Of a stretch of DNA of 64,000 bases, positions 25,673 through 37,200 are shown piece by piece (the stretch's first letter is position 1; each line of letters starts with the position of its first letter). The position numbers and the translations under genes are program-made. Below the pieces are notes generated by a model. That model ran no database searches, was not told the DNA's origin, and saw nothing but the letters and a program-made list of their open reading frames with translations. Origin of the DNA: Entomortierella parvispora E1425 (lineage: Eukaryota > Fungi > Mortierellomycota); NCBI GenBank assembly GCA_020891255.1, contig BQFW01000006.1:1674001-1738000 (forward strand). Reading direction: 5' to 3'.

Positions 25673-28638
25673 ATGAAGGTCATTGGACTGATCAGGTACT
25701 GCATGCAATGGATCGCATATCAACAGAGAGCCATCATGCGAAATGTATGATTTCCGCATACTCTTTCTAATCTGCTACATTCTTCGTGCTGACACAACTT
25801 GCAAAAAAAAAAAAAAAAAAAATAGTGGCGGCAAGGATAGTTTCTACAACTTGATGCAGTGTGTCGCCAATGGACACACGGTCATTGCATTAGGAAACCT
25901 GCATCCTGCTCCTGTTGATAACAAAGGTGCGCCCCTTGTCCCTTTTGCTATGAAACCACTCTTCTCTGTATTGATCGACTGACTAGTCCTTCTATATGCA
26001 TATGTTTTTCTATGACCATAGATGAGCTGGACTCGTACATGTATCAGACAGTGGGCCACGATGTAATCCACCTCTATAAAGACTGCATGGAGCTGCCGCT
26101 TTACCGTCAGGAGATCAGAGGAAGCCCTGTTGAGCAGGGATCAGACTATGTTAAAACAGACCAGGATGAGACTGAGGATCTCTTCACCCTCCTGCAAACA
26201 GCAAAAACAGCTCACCCAGATCTGGAGGCTGTGAGTGTGGGTGCCATCCTTTCCAACTACCAAAGAATTCGCGTTGAGAACGTGTAGGTTCAATTTTGGT
26301 GATAATGATTTGTATGTCGATGATATTTTTCTAGATTGTTGACTTTTTTTTTTCATTGGTGTCATTTTAGCTGCGCGCGCCTTGGACTGGTAGCACTGGC
26401 TTACCTTTGGCAAAGAGATCAGGAAGAACTTTTGCAGGAGATGGCGACGGCGGGCGTCAATGCTGTTCTGGTCAAAATTGCTGCCATGGGACTCAAAAAA
26501 CAACACCTCGGACAATCCATTGGAGACATGTTTCCGTATCTTCAAAGAATGAACCAGGAGTTTGATTTACATATCTGTGGCGAAGGTGGTGAATACGAGA
26601 CAATCACCTTGGACTGCCCTTTGTTCAAAAAGAAAATTGTCGTGTAAGTGCCGGAATCGTTTAGGCATGCATCCAGATTATCATTTTGAAAGACTGACTC
26701 TTTGTTTTGAATAGTGATGAATCGGAAGTTGTTCTTCACTCGGACGACGCGTTCGCCCCTGTCATGTACTTGCGGTTCAAAAAGCTGCACGTGGAGGACA
26801 AATCGGATGACGAAGTAGACCCAGACTGGATGTCGGATATGAATCTGAACCCAACCTGGGAGGCGGATTCAACCACAAAGGCGATCGAGGCTATTGTACT
26901 GTCAAAACAGACCGAACAGTTGGATGATTCAGACGACATCTCAACATTCGACAAGAAAAGCAGTGGCAGCAACGATGAAGACTATAATACCCTAATGGAC
27001 TACGACTCTGGGTTCTCCAGCCATAAGGGCGACATCCTTTGCGCCATCGGAGGTACCACAGCATTTGAAGCCGACTCAGTTGATCACGAATGCCATATGA
27101 GTATAGCAGAGGAGACAGTGGCATGCCTGCTGAATGTCCAAGGTACAGTTCCCGTTTCACAAACTATGATCACTTGCCTCCGTTGGTTACCGTTTTAACA
27201 GAAGTGGCATCTGTGGAATATTAGCCCGCCTTGCAAAGACTGGACTCTCATGGACCGAGGTTGTCTTCATGCAAGTATTTGTCTCCAATATGGCCGATTT
27301 TGGAGTCGTCAATGGAGCCTACAGGAACTTCTTTGGGATCAATCCACCACCTCGTGCTTGCGTTGGAGCCTCTCTTCCTAAACCCCTGCGCATTCAAGTG
27401 AACTGCACAGCCATTCGGAAGGAGGCCACCATGCCTAAGAGGCAAACTCTTCATGTTCAAGGCATGTCCTACTGGGCGCCAGCCAATATTGGACCCTATT
27501 CACAGGCGACAGAGGTAATAGGCTTTGATATTGAAGACAATCGCGTTGTATGAGGAGAGAAATCTAATGTGCTAAACGCCTGTTTACCACTGTGATGTAC
27601 TTAGCAAGCATATCATGGATTCATTGCTGGTCAGATCGGGATGGAGCCATCGACTTTGAACGTTCCAGTACCAGTTTCACTGGCGAAGGAGACATCCTTG
27701 TCATTGCGTAACTTGGCACAGATTGCTGCAGTTAGAAAAGGAGACCTTTGCCACAGAACCGCCTTGTGTATCGCCTATGTCAACAACCCTTCCCACTTTG
27801 GGCCAGTGCAAGCAGCATGGGAGCGTATTTCAAACAAGGTATTTTCATGTATCTGTGCAATGCACAGTACTCAATTCCTATTATCTTTGATAATTTCGTT
27901 CTTAAATCTGACTCTTTGACTCTACAGGACACCCCCCCACCTTTCTTGGCCATTAGCATGCCATCATTGCCAAAAGGTGCTCAAGTCGAGTGGCAGGTGG
28001 TAATGCATCATGGAAAGGTATACGCTGACAAAGCTGTAGAGGATACTGGATATGATACAGACGACGATGACATGTACCAGCTGGAAAAGCGCGTTCTCCA
28101 ACCTGCTGTTCTTTCTCTATCACATGAACCTCCTCCGTCATGTGAGGATGCTGGGGCATTGACTTGGAAAGCAGAGACCTCCTCTTGGTTCCTGTCCCCT
28201 ATTTTGATGGCACTCTCAGTAGTCAGGATTCCTGAAGAGCCATCTTTGGTCTCTCAGTTATCCACTTTGTCGATCTCGATCAAGGAGAAAGACACGTCAG
28301 TTATTAAGACCGTCAAGGATATGATGGCCATGATGATTCAGGGCCTTGACCGCATCCTGGCGAGTCATGTTCGTGTAGCTGCTGGCCCCGGTGTTGAGAA
28401 CGGATGGGAGGATGTTGTGGCCATGACTCTTTACTACGTAAAATCACTCTCTGGACACCACGAACTGTTGGGATCGACCTTTGAGACTTTGCTGTCAGCA
28501 TTTGCAAAAGACTCCAAGGGCCATGGAAATGTGGCCGTAACGCTGGTCCCTGTGCAGGCCATCGCTGGTGGCGGCCTTTTGGCGCTTTCATTGCATGCCG
28601 TCGGGAAGACACCGACCCTGCCTGGCCTTCTTCAATAA
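25673..28638 (+). CDS. DPH6: Diphthine--ammonia ligase (diphthamide synthase) with C-terminal YjgF/RidA-like domains
   Basis: MKVIGLIS|GGKDSFYN; DELDSYMYQTVGH; GAILSNYQRIRVENV; CGEGGEYETITLDCPLFKK; LHVQGMSYWAPANIGPYSQA; LPKGAQVEWQV. Confidence 0.95.
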
Positions 28639-28775
28639 ATCAATTTTTAGCGCGTGTCTTGGAACAAATCAAGACACCGTGTCATTTTTTTGTCACGGCT
28701 TTTCCCTCCATTGACTTGATCAGGACAGGACGACAAGAACAATCGCCATTGACGAGGCAGCCCATTGGCTAGAGG

Positions 28776-31005
28776 ATGATGGAACTCACGCAGCTGCAGC
28801 TGCGCCATGCACAGGAGCAGCATAGCAAGGCTAAAGAACAGCAACAGGCTCAGGAACAACTTCAGCAACATCAACAGCAGGAGTTCCAGGAACAGCAAAA
28901 CACATTCTTTCGACTCCAACAGGAACAACTGCATCAACCAACGATCCAGAGAGAGCACGAGATTCTGATGCTGCAGCAGGCATGTGTTCTCGCCGAGAAG
29001 ATGTACCTGCAGCAGCAACAGCATCTCTTGCACACGCAACAGCAGGAGCGGGAGCGAATGCATGAACGACATTGGCATGAAGAGCAACTATTGATTCAGC
29101 AACTTCAGCACATGGAACAACAGCAACAACAACAGCAGCAGCACCACCAACATAACGGGATCCAGCAATACCAACCCCAGCAATCACCTCAGTTTCAGCA
29201 GGTACAACATCATCAAGGGCAGTCTCCCCACCAGCAACAGACCCCTTCCTTCTCACATTCATCGCAGTCAGGATATAGAGATTCTACTCAGCAAGCTGTA
29301 CCTTTATCTAATACCCAGCATCAGCAACAGCAATATAGCCCACAACATACACCACCAGGAGTGCATAACCAACAACAACAGCAGCAGCATCAGCCGCATC
29401 AAAACCATTATTATCATTCTTCACAAACGCCAGAAGGCAATAACCCCGAGGATGCAATGGATGTCGATGATGAGGTCCAAATCAACTCGATCACGTCGAC
29501 AATCTCCAGTTTACGTCATTCAATGCCAGTAGACATCGATTCTGTTTCCTCTTGGGCTTCAGGATCTGGAGACAATGGCAGTAGGGACGATGGCGATCCT
29601 CATGCCGTCGTAGTCTTGGACACCAACGTTTTGATCTCCCACCTCAATTTCATTCAGTCTTTGATTGATGCCCATGGAACCTCACTCTCGGATACGAAGA
29701 AGGGGTCCTCTAGGCCCGGTAGTCCACAAGAACCACACATTATCTTCATCGTCCCCTGGGTAGTTGTACGCGAACTAGATGGTTTGAAAGGCAACCGGAA
29801 CCATGGGGGTGGAGGCGAAGTGGACTTAGGCGAGAAGGCTCGACGCGCCATTCGATACATCCATGAGGAGATGGAGAAACCGGCAGACAAACGAAAGCTC
29901 CGGGGACAGAAAATCAGCGAGTGCATGGAGAAGCAAGACGTAAGTACTTTATGCACCTTTGCTAGGTATTGGATAGGTTCCTTATCGAGAGAGTAAGCAC
30001 TGAATATACCTTTATTCTTAACAATAGCAAAACGACGATTATATTCTGGATTGCTGCAGATACTTCAAAGCTGCATATCCTGACGAGCAAAGAACACGAG
30101 TGAATCTGTTTTCGAATGACAGGAATCTCTGTGTCAAAGCATTGATCCACGAAATCAAGACGATATCACGAGATAAAGTCAGTCTGGAAGTCAAGACTGT
30201 CCTAGCGGCTATTTTAGGACAGCAGAAGAAAGAACAGCCTCCCCGTGCAGCCATGGATATGATGACACTCGATGACAATGACGATGAAGACATGATGGGA
30301 AGTAAGCCAAGTCCTCCGGCAACGAAGCCATCCTTGTCTCGGTCTTCATCGTCTGGTGTTTCCATCATCTCAGGAAGTAGCCGTGGGACCTACCGGACGG
30401 AGGTGAATGAAAGAGAACTCCAAAGGATAAAGTCGGGCCCAAAGACTGCAGAGGCGCCCCAAGGAATGGACCCTGGGCTGTTCAACTTGACTTCGCATGT
30501 GATCAAGAACCTGCGGCAGTACTTTGAATTTGCAGTACCAGATCATCTGCAGGCGATGTATGGGTCAGACTGGAAACTCATGACGGACTACGACAGGACA
30601 GTGGTCAAAGGTGAAGACCTGGCCTATGACTGTAAACGATTGGCCCAACCTATTCAGCTGGTTCTGAGGAATTGGGCCATTTTTGCAGACCTGTATGGGG
30701 GTTCCGACCGAGCTTCTAAGGCCAAGAATCATCTGAACCAGCTCCAAATGTTTGTAAAGACTTGGGACAGGGTTGAAACTTTTGGATTGGGCAAGGTGTA
30801 CAAAAAGGATCTGGTTGCATTCTTGAATGACGTTGACGCAGTCTTGGCTGGCCTGATGACCAAGCCTGCCAAAAGCATTCGTTCGTCGTCGCAGCCTATG
30901 AGCTCGTCAGCAAAAGAGACAGACACGGCAAAGTACTATGACGCATCTAGTCGTATCCAATTGATGAAGAATTGGAAAGCACATTGCAGCGCCCTCGCCG
31001 ACTAG
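28776..31005 (+). CDS. SWT1: Swt1-like PIN-domain RNA endonuclease with polyQ N-terminus (1 intron, ~29941-30027)
   Basis: VVVLDTNVLISHL, IVPWVVVRELDGLK, KARRAIRYI, LRGQKISE, NDDYILDCCRYF, LFSNDRNLCVKALIHEI; helical C-terminal region. Confidence 0.85.
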
Positions 31006-31203
31006 TCATCAATAAATCGTAGACCTTTTTTTTTTTTTTTTTTTGTTAGTTGGACCTCTTCTGCTTCTGCACAATGAATTAGACCCACAGAATTGCTCAA
31101 ATATACTACAGAAACGAGTTCCCGTTGTTTTTCGTGTTTATTACAGCTTTTCCTTCAATATTAGTACTGTCAATCGTATAGAAGGGTGGGTGCTCAAGGA
31201 TCC

Positions 31204-32055
31204 TTAATGGTCGCCCTTGAAGAGAAGAGCGGGGCCAGCCAAGATATTGGCACCGTCCTTGTCTGTGATGGCAGTGGCTGTGTTGGTAATGACGACATAG
31301 AAGTATCCTTCCACTTCCTTGGGAAGTGAGCAATCTGAACGAGGCGACACCACGACCTTGTTATCAAACAAGAACTGGCACCACTCCGAGGTGGCACTCT
31401 CGCCCTTGAATGAGGTCTTGACCTTGTCACTGTCGATAGAGGCCGAGAGCTGGGTGTAAGGAGTGACACCCAAATCATAAGGGCAGGACGTGATGAAGTT
31501 GGAAGCAATTGTCACAATCTCCTTGGCGGTCAAGGGTGTGTCGAATGCATAGGGAGCTCCCTCGGCTTTCAAGACGGTATTTAAGTAGGCCGAGTGGCGG
31601 GCCTCGACCGTGACAATCGAAGCTGCGGCCGTCAAGAGACCTCCCTGGAGGCCGGCGGCGGCACCGAGGTAGGCCGACACGCCAGTGTTCTCCAATGCGC
31701 GAGCAACGGCCATAAAGGTATGGACATCAGTCAATGGGAAATTGTACTTGCATTCAGGGACAGGCGCTTGCTTCAATGACTTGATGACGGAGGTCAGGAC
31801 GTCAACGTGAGTATTTTCGTGTTCGCCAATGTGGACGAAAGCATCGTGGACTTCGGCGCTATAGCCAGCATGCTCAAAGTCCTCGCGGGAAAATTTCTTG
31901 AGGCCCTCCTTGTAAAAGTTGGATTCGAGATGTTCCAAGGTCAGGGCATAGTTGAGAATATCAGTGGAGGCGTCGCGCTTTGAGAGACGGGCAGGGACGG
32001 CGGAGACCGCAATGACAGCAGCGGCTGAGGCGATGGCGAGGATAGGGAAATGCAT
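31204..32055 (-). CDS. Secreted ferritin-like (Rds1/Ferritin_2 family) protein, intronless
   Basis: Signal peptide MHFPILAIASAAAVIAVSA, Kex2-like KR, then DILNYALTLEHLESNFY, EHENTHV, LENTGVSAYLGAA, IVTVEARHSA carboxylate/His ligands. Confidence 0.9.
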   Translation of the reverse strand: MHFPILAIASAAAVIAVSAVPARLSKRDASTDILNYALTLEHLESNFYKEGLKKFSREDFEHAGYSAEVHDAFVHIGEHENTHVDVLTSVIKSLKQAPVPECKYNFPLTDVHTFMAVARALENTGVSAYLGAAAGLQGGLLTAAASIVTVEARHSAYLNTVLKAEGAPYAFDTPLTAKEIVTIASNFITSCPYDLGVTPYTQLSASIDSDKVKTSFKGESATSEWCQFLFDNKVVVSPRSDCSLPKEVEGYFYVVITNTATAITDKDGANILAGPALLFKGDH

Positions 32056-32187
32056 GGCTTTAAAATGTGTGCTAGAAAAGAGCGTGTGAAGCAATTGAAA
32101 AGGATGAAAGAGTGGCCAGTTGAGTGATACTGAGTAAAGTCGGTAGGATGAGTTGGAGAATGAGGAGGGACTTGGGAAGGAGAAGCC

Positions 32188-32194
32188 TTTTATA
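32188..32194 (-). promoter_or_regulatory. TATA box (TATAAAA) of the ferritin-like gene
   Basis: TATAAAA on the minus strand about 135 nt upstream of ATG 32055. Confidence 0.5.
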
Positions 32195-32879
32195 TTGCAG
32201 GATCGCCAGTATCAAGCTGAAAACGCGTCTCGGGCTTGTCTTCCGATCGGATCTCCATTATCGAGGGGGTAAGGGTGGCGGCGCATATCGCAGAATTCCC
32301 AAAGCTCGCAAAAATCTCCAAAAGTCTAGCTGAGACCAAGCCTGGCCCTTTGTGAAAGTCGAACGACCTGTAAAACACATTGAAAAATAACATTTTGGGC
32401 CCATTTGACACCAGAATAACGAACAAAGAGGCGGGGTGAAACTCTGAGTGTCTTTTTTTTTCAGGCAAAGGAGAAAAGGGCTGGAGGGGGACGAATGCGG
32501 GGCAGGATGTAAACGCGACAAGAAAAAAGAGAGAGCTCATGTTAGGTGGGGATCGAGGGTCGCACTTCGCGGGTCCGCGACTCTTTTTTTTTTTTTTTAG
32601 ACGGAGAGGGAATGTTTCGCGGCATCTCTCCCTCCTTCTCGCAAAACTCCTTTTTGTCTTTTTCATGTTCCATTTCAGTGCGCGCGTTTTCCATAATGCC
32701 ATCTTGATAGGGCGTTGGAGAGATATTTTCAAGATAAACAATTAAGATGGCCACCGTCCACCTGGTATCCGATCAGCAAAGTAGTTCAGCGACAAGCGGA
32801 CAGGCGCCCTGCAAGACGGGGCGCCGCACTCGTTGGCCCAAACGGAAGCTCTCGCAAGGGAACGAGAGGAAGCTCCTAC

Positions 32880-33710
32880 TCACCATAAGGCTAGACCCGA
32901 ACCCTTGCATCTTTCAGCATGTCTAGAAAGTACCGATGACCTAGAGGCAGGAACGAGGCGATTTGCCACCAAATTTGATGGGTCTGTGGTTTGTGGTTTT
33001 GTGTTGCCAGCCAATGCAAGTACCGAGATATATCCGAGTAACACCAAAGCGGTCAGGACCAAAACCGGAAGCAGCCGTACCCCATCCTGTTGGAACTCAC
33101 GCTGCCCCTGTCTAATTGTCTGCAAACAACCTCGTGGGTGTCCTTTCAAGAGTCAGGGAATATAAGCAGTCGCTGGTACCATCACTTGACAACCTGCAGC
33201 GGTTTACATGAAAGGATTACAGTGCGGCCAAAAAAAATTCACTGGAATTCAGCACTTATGCCATTCGGACAGTCTCTGTCGCCATCCGAGAGGAATGGTT
33301 CTGAACGAATCTCGGTATAGAAGGTAATATCCAAGATACAACAAAAAGTAGAACAATACGCGACGCGATGACCTGACTATCTAAAACAACACTCCTCTCA
33401 TTGACTCGTGAACTAGTTTTCAAATGAAAAACACATGCGCGCCTCTCCTTTTTTTTTCCAATGGACGAAGGAGAGAGTACAAAGCTTGCCTGAAAACCCT
33501 GGAACTGCTTCAACGCTGCGCTCTTCTGAAGGCTGTGCAACTGATTCTCCACGATGACATTCTGTGCTGTTGTGACTCTCTCCCCTGGTGGTCTGGGCTG
33601 GCTACACACCAGTGGGTGGATGGATGACAAGACACGATCCTTCTCGAACAATAAAGTCGGCCGTAGTAGGGAACTGGGGCTGCTGGGGCTGTGGCGTCTA
33701 GCAATGACAT
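32880..33710 (-). other. Possible spliced transcript divergent from the ABC gene (lncRNA, degenerate or small membrane-protein gene); reading frame unresolved
   Basis: Intron-like segments (GTAC...TTTTAG ~33477-33382; ...CTGCAG ~33197) and hydrophobic ORF pieces (VLFYFLLYLGYYLL; LLPVLVLTALVLLGYISVLALA). I could not join them into one stop-free frame. Confidence 0.2.
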
Positions 33711-34227
33711 AAGCTGTAGCGTGGACGCCTCATCTGTCCATCCGCGGCAAAAATATCACAGCAGCTCACTGCGGCGGAGTCGGTCGGTTGACCAACAAAG
33801 TCACTGCTTTTGCCAAGAGGGGCGAATGCGAGCCATGCGAGACATCGAACCGGCACCAGCAAGCTTGCCCATTGCTCTCAAGAAAAAATAAGAGTGGAAA
33901 AAGAAAAGGAAAAAAAAAATAGAGCGACGCACAGGGAACAACGCTGCTCAAAGGTGGAGACAAAGAGAAAGGGGAAAGACCAGACGTAGCAGAATCCATT
34001 TCGCATCCTTCCTCTCTTCATCCCATCCGGTGCGACCCCTGCTGCCTGCCTGCACTCAACCCTTTTCATTCCACTCACGCAGCAGAGGACTCTTTTGACC
34101 AGCAGCTTTGCCCCAACCCAGTGACTCTGCCGGAGCTGCTCATCAGCCGCATTGGACCACACAACAACAACAATAACACCAATCGCAACAGACATCCATC
34201 AGCACAGAACGCATCGTTGCTCCTGCC

Positions 34228-37200
34228 ATGGTGCCCTGGACATGCACCCCCGATGCAGAGACCTGCGTCTCGGACAGGTAAAGCAACCCGGGCCACAGCA
34301 CGCGACAAGAGAGAAAAGCCGCAAGGGAAATAGAGGACGCGCTCTGTTCCTACACGCGTCTCTTCTTTCCTTTCTTTCTTTCATGGTGTACTTTGGGCGC
34401 ACCGTGGCCCCCCTGTCCTCACTCCTCGGGCTCTAACCCGCCTGCATTGTGTGTACTCTCCTTCACCCCGATAGTCTTCTACAGCTGATCCCAACCTGCA
34501 TCATCGTCTTTTCATCCCTGGCTGTCATTTCAGCGGAATGCGGTCGACAGGACCGCCGTCGAATGTTCAACCGCTTCTCGAGCGAAGTCGTCGTCGAAGG
34601 AGAACATCATTCGGACAACGAAGGAGAAGTCACCAACTCGCCTAGATTACTAAAGCCAAAGAGAACGTTTCCCTTGGCCATCCTCCGCTGCGTCGGTGCT
34701 TTTGCCCAGGTCGGTCTGTTCGCATACCTCGCCAGCCAAAAACTCAACGATATCAACAACACAAACCCTGACGTGCCCTCGCCACCACCATCGAGCCCAG
34801 GACCGAGGTTCATGGGCAGAGAAATCAACGAGGACTGGCCACTGTGGCTGCCAGTCATGCATGGAATCGTCTGGGTCTACGCTTCGATTCTTTCTGTTGT
34901 CTCGCTTCTTCACCCTCGCCTCTCAAACCCATACAGGCTAGTGACGCATCTGGACATCATCTACCTGACAACTGGAGGAGCAGGACTTCTTCATTTCCTG
35001 CAGAATGATTTTGGTCGGCCCCTTGGCCTTTGGACACTGGACGACCAAATTTCGGGACTATCCGCACTCGTGTCAGCCGCCATGTGTGTGTTGACTCTGG
35101 CCACCAAACCACTAGTTCCACCTCAAACTCACAAAGGACCCGGGAAGCGCTCCAGAGGCGTAAGTTGAACCCAGCGTGAGCCGCAATTTTACCTGGCTTT
35201 ATCAAAAGTTTATTGACATTGTTGAGTCCTTAGGTCGTCTCTCCTGAAACTCGGTCGTCGTTGTATGCCAGAATCGCATTCACTTGGCTTCATCCAATGG
35301 TTCTCAAGTCATTCAAAGGAAAACTACAGGAAACTGATGTCTGGGCTATGGATAAAGCACTCAGAGTTAAGACTGTCTTTCAGGAATGTCTTGAGAACAG
35401 GTACAAGACACGCTTAGAAAAAGCTGCCTTCTTTCAAATTGCCAAGTATCCTAACCGGCCACTGCTGATAGGCAATCGACGGTGTTTGTCACCATGCTGT
35501 CGCTTTTCAAGTTGGATTTGGCTCAGCAGTATATCTGGGCATTGATCTGGGCTGGCCTGAGCATGGTTCCTCCATTTGTCGTGTTCAAACTGGTTAAATT
35601 TGCTCAGGATCTATCAACTTACAACCGTAATGAGGCGCTCTTTTACGTGGCCGTCCTTTTGGCATCCACTGTGGTCCGGTCAGCAGGTCAGTTTAGTACC
35701 AACTATCGATCGGGTTACTGCCGAGGTGAATCGATTTTCGTCGCTAAAGAAGAACCACTCTTTCCCCACGCTTCATTAGTTCTGCAACGCGGATTGCATA
35801 TGAGTCAACGTGTTGCCACCAAATCGATGGGCATGGCTTCAGGCCTGATCTATGAAAAGCTTTCACTTCGAAAGGACATGGTGCCTGTGGACTACGAAAT
35901 ATCTGGTGAGTTGCTTGACCCTGCTTGACAGATCTTGACCCCTAAGCCCTCCGCTAAAGAACCGATGACTGAATTTTTGCCGTCCACCATAGATCTCATG
36001 TGCGTTGATGTGAAGCATATCGGACAGGGCTGGAAGAACATGTTTTATCTCATGATCTACCCCTCAATTGTAGGCATTAAGATATTATAACTCCCGTGTG
36101 CTTGGTCTTTGCTCTGAACTCCACTCTGACCTTGGGCTCATTCTTTGATCCTAGTTTGTCCTTTCCACTATTCAACTCTATGGATACATTGGACACTCTG
36201 CCTGGGCAGGAGGAATCGCAGTAGTTGTTTGGTACCCCATCTCGGCTCTTGCCAGCTATTTGTTTTCCGGCCGTTTCGATCCAGCGCCTCCAAAATCAGA
36301 CAAGAGCGGCGCCTTGATCTCTGATGTAAGCTCATGCTCTTTGTTCCTTCGATGGACTTGCCAAAGCAATTTTATACTTACCCTGGAAAATACTTCGAAA
36401 TTAGCTTCTTTCGAATCTGAAGGCGATCAAGTACCTTGGTTGGGAAGAAATTATCATGGACAAAGTGCTTCGTGCACGCGCAGAAGAGAGAAAATGGAAC
36501 TCCAAAACAGCTCAACCAGTGATGACATTGATCTCTGTCCCTCTTGGCGGCGATTTGGTCCACGCTTTTGTTATGATTGTTATCCTCGCCACCTACGCCC
36601 TTTACTTTGGCCAGCCCCTGACCCCCGCCATTTTGTTCACGACCCTGGTCTTGGTGGACCTTCAGACCACCGCCATCAATGTAGGTGTATCACCGACACT
36701 TGTTTGCACGTTGTGTGTCAGCACCATCTAATTCTAATTACCCTGCCTTCTAGTCGCTACCCTCAGTGATCATCACCGTACGAGAGATGCTGGATTCCGT
36801 TGTGCGAGTGAACGACTTTTTAAGCGACGATGAAAATGAACGTGACACAGCCGTTGTTCGCGACAGAGAGATGGCACGCAGGGCCAATATCCCGATCATT
36901 GGATTTGTCAACGCCACATTTGTCTGGCCCGAAGCCAAACCTTTGCGTCCCAGAGGACAAATGTTGTTCGTAGATGAACCAGAGGAAGAGTACGACGATG
37001 AAGATGATGGTGAAAGTCAGGTACAAAGCCGAAAGTCGAGACGGAGCAGTAGGAGAAGCTCTGCCAATTGGATCGTGCGTACCCTCTCACTCTTTGGTTA
37101 CTCTCTGCCCGAAAGACCTGAACCTTACATCTCGCCTGCTCATCATGGACACAAATATGGACCTGGACTCAACTCAGCCGCTGGAGAGAGGACGAATTTT

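Noticed and set aside
33149-33160. In-frame TGA before the hydrophobic ORF as possible selenocysteine or readthrough
   Set aside because: No selenoprotein-like redox context, no SECIS seen, and the upstream frame is not independently supported.
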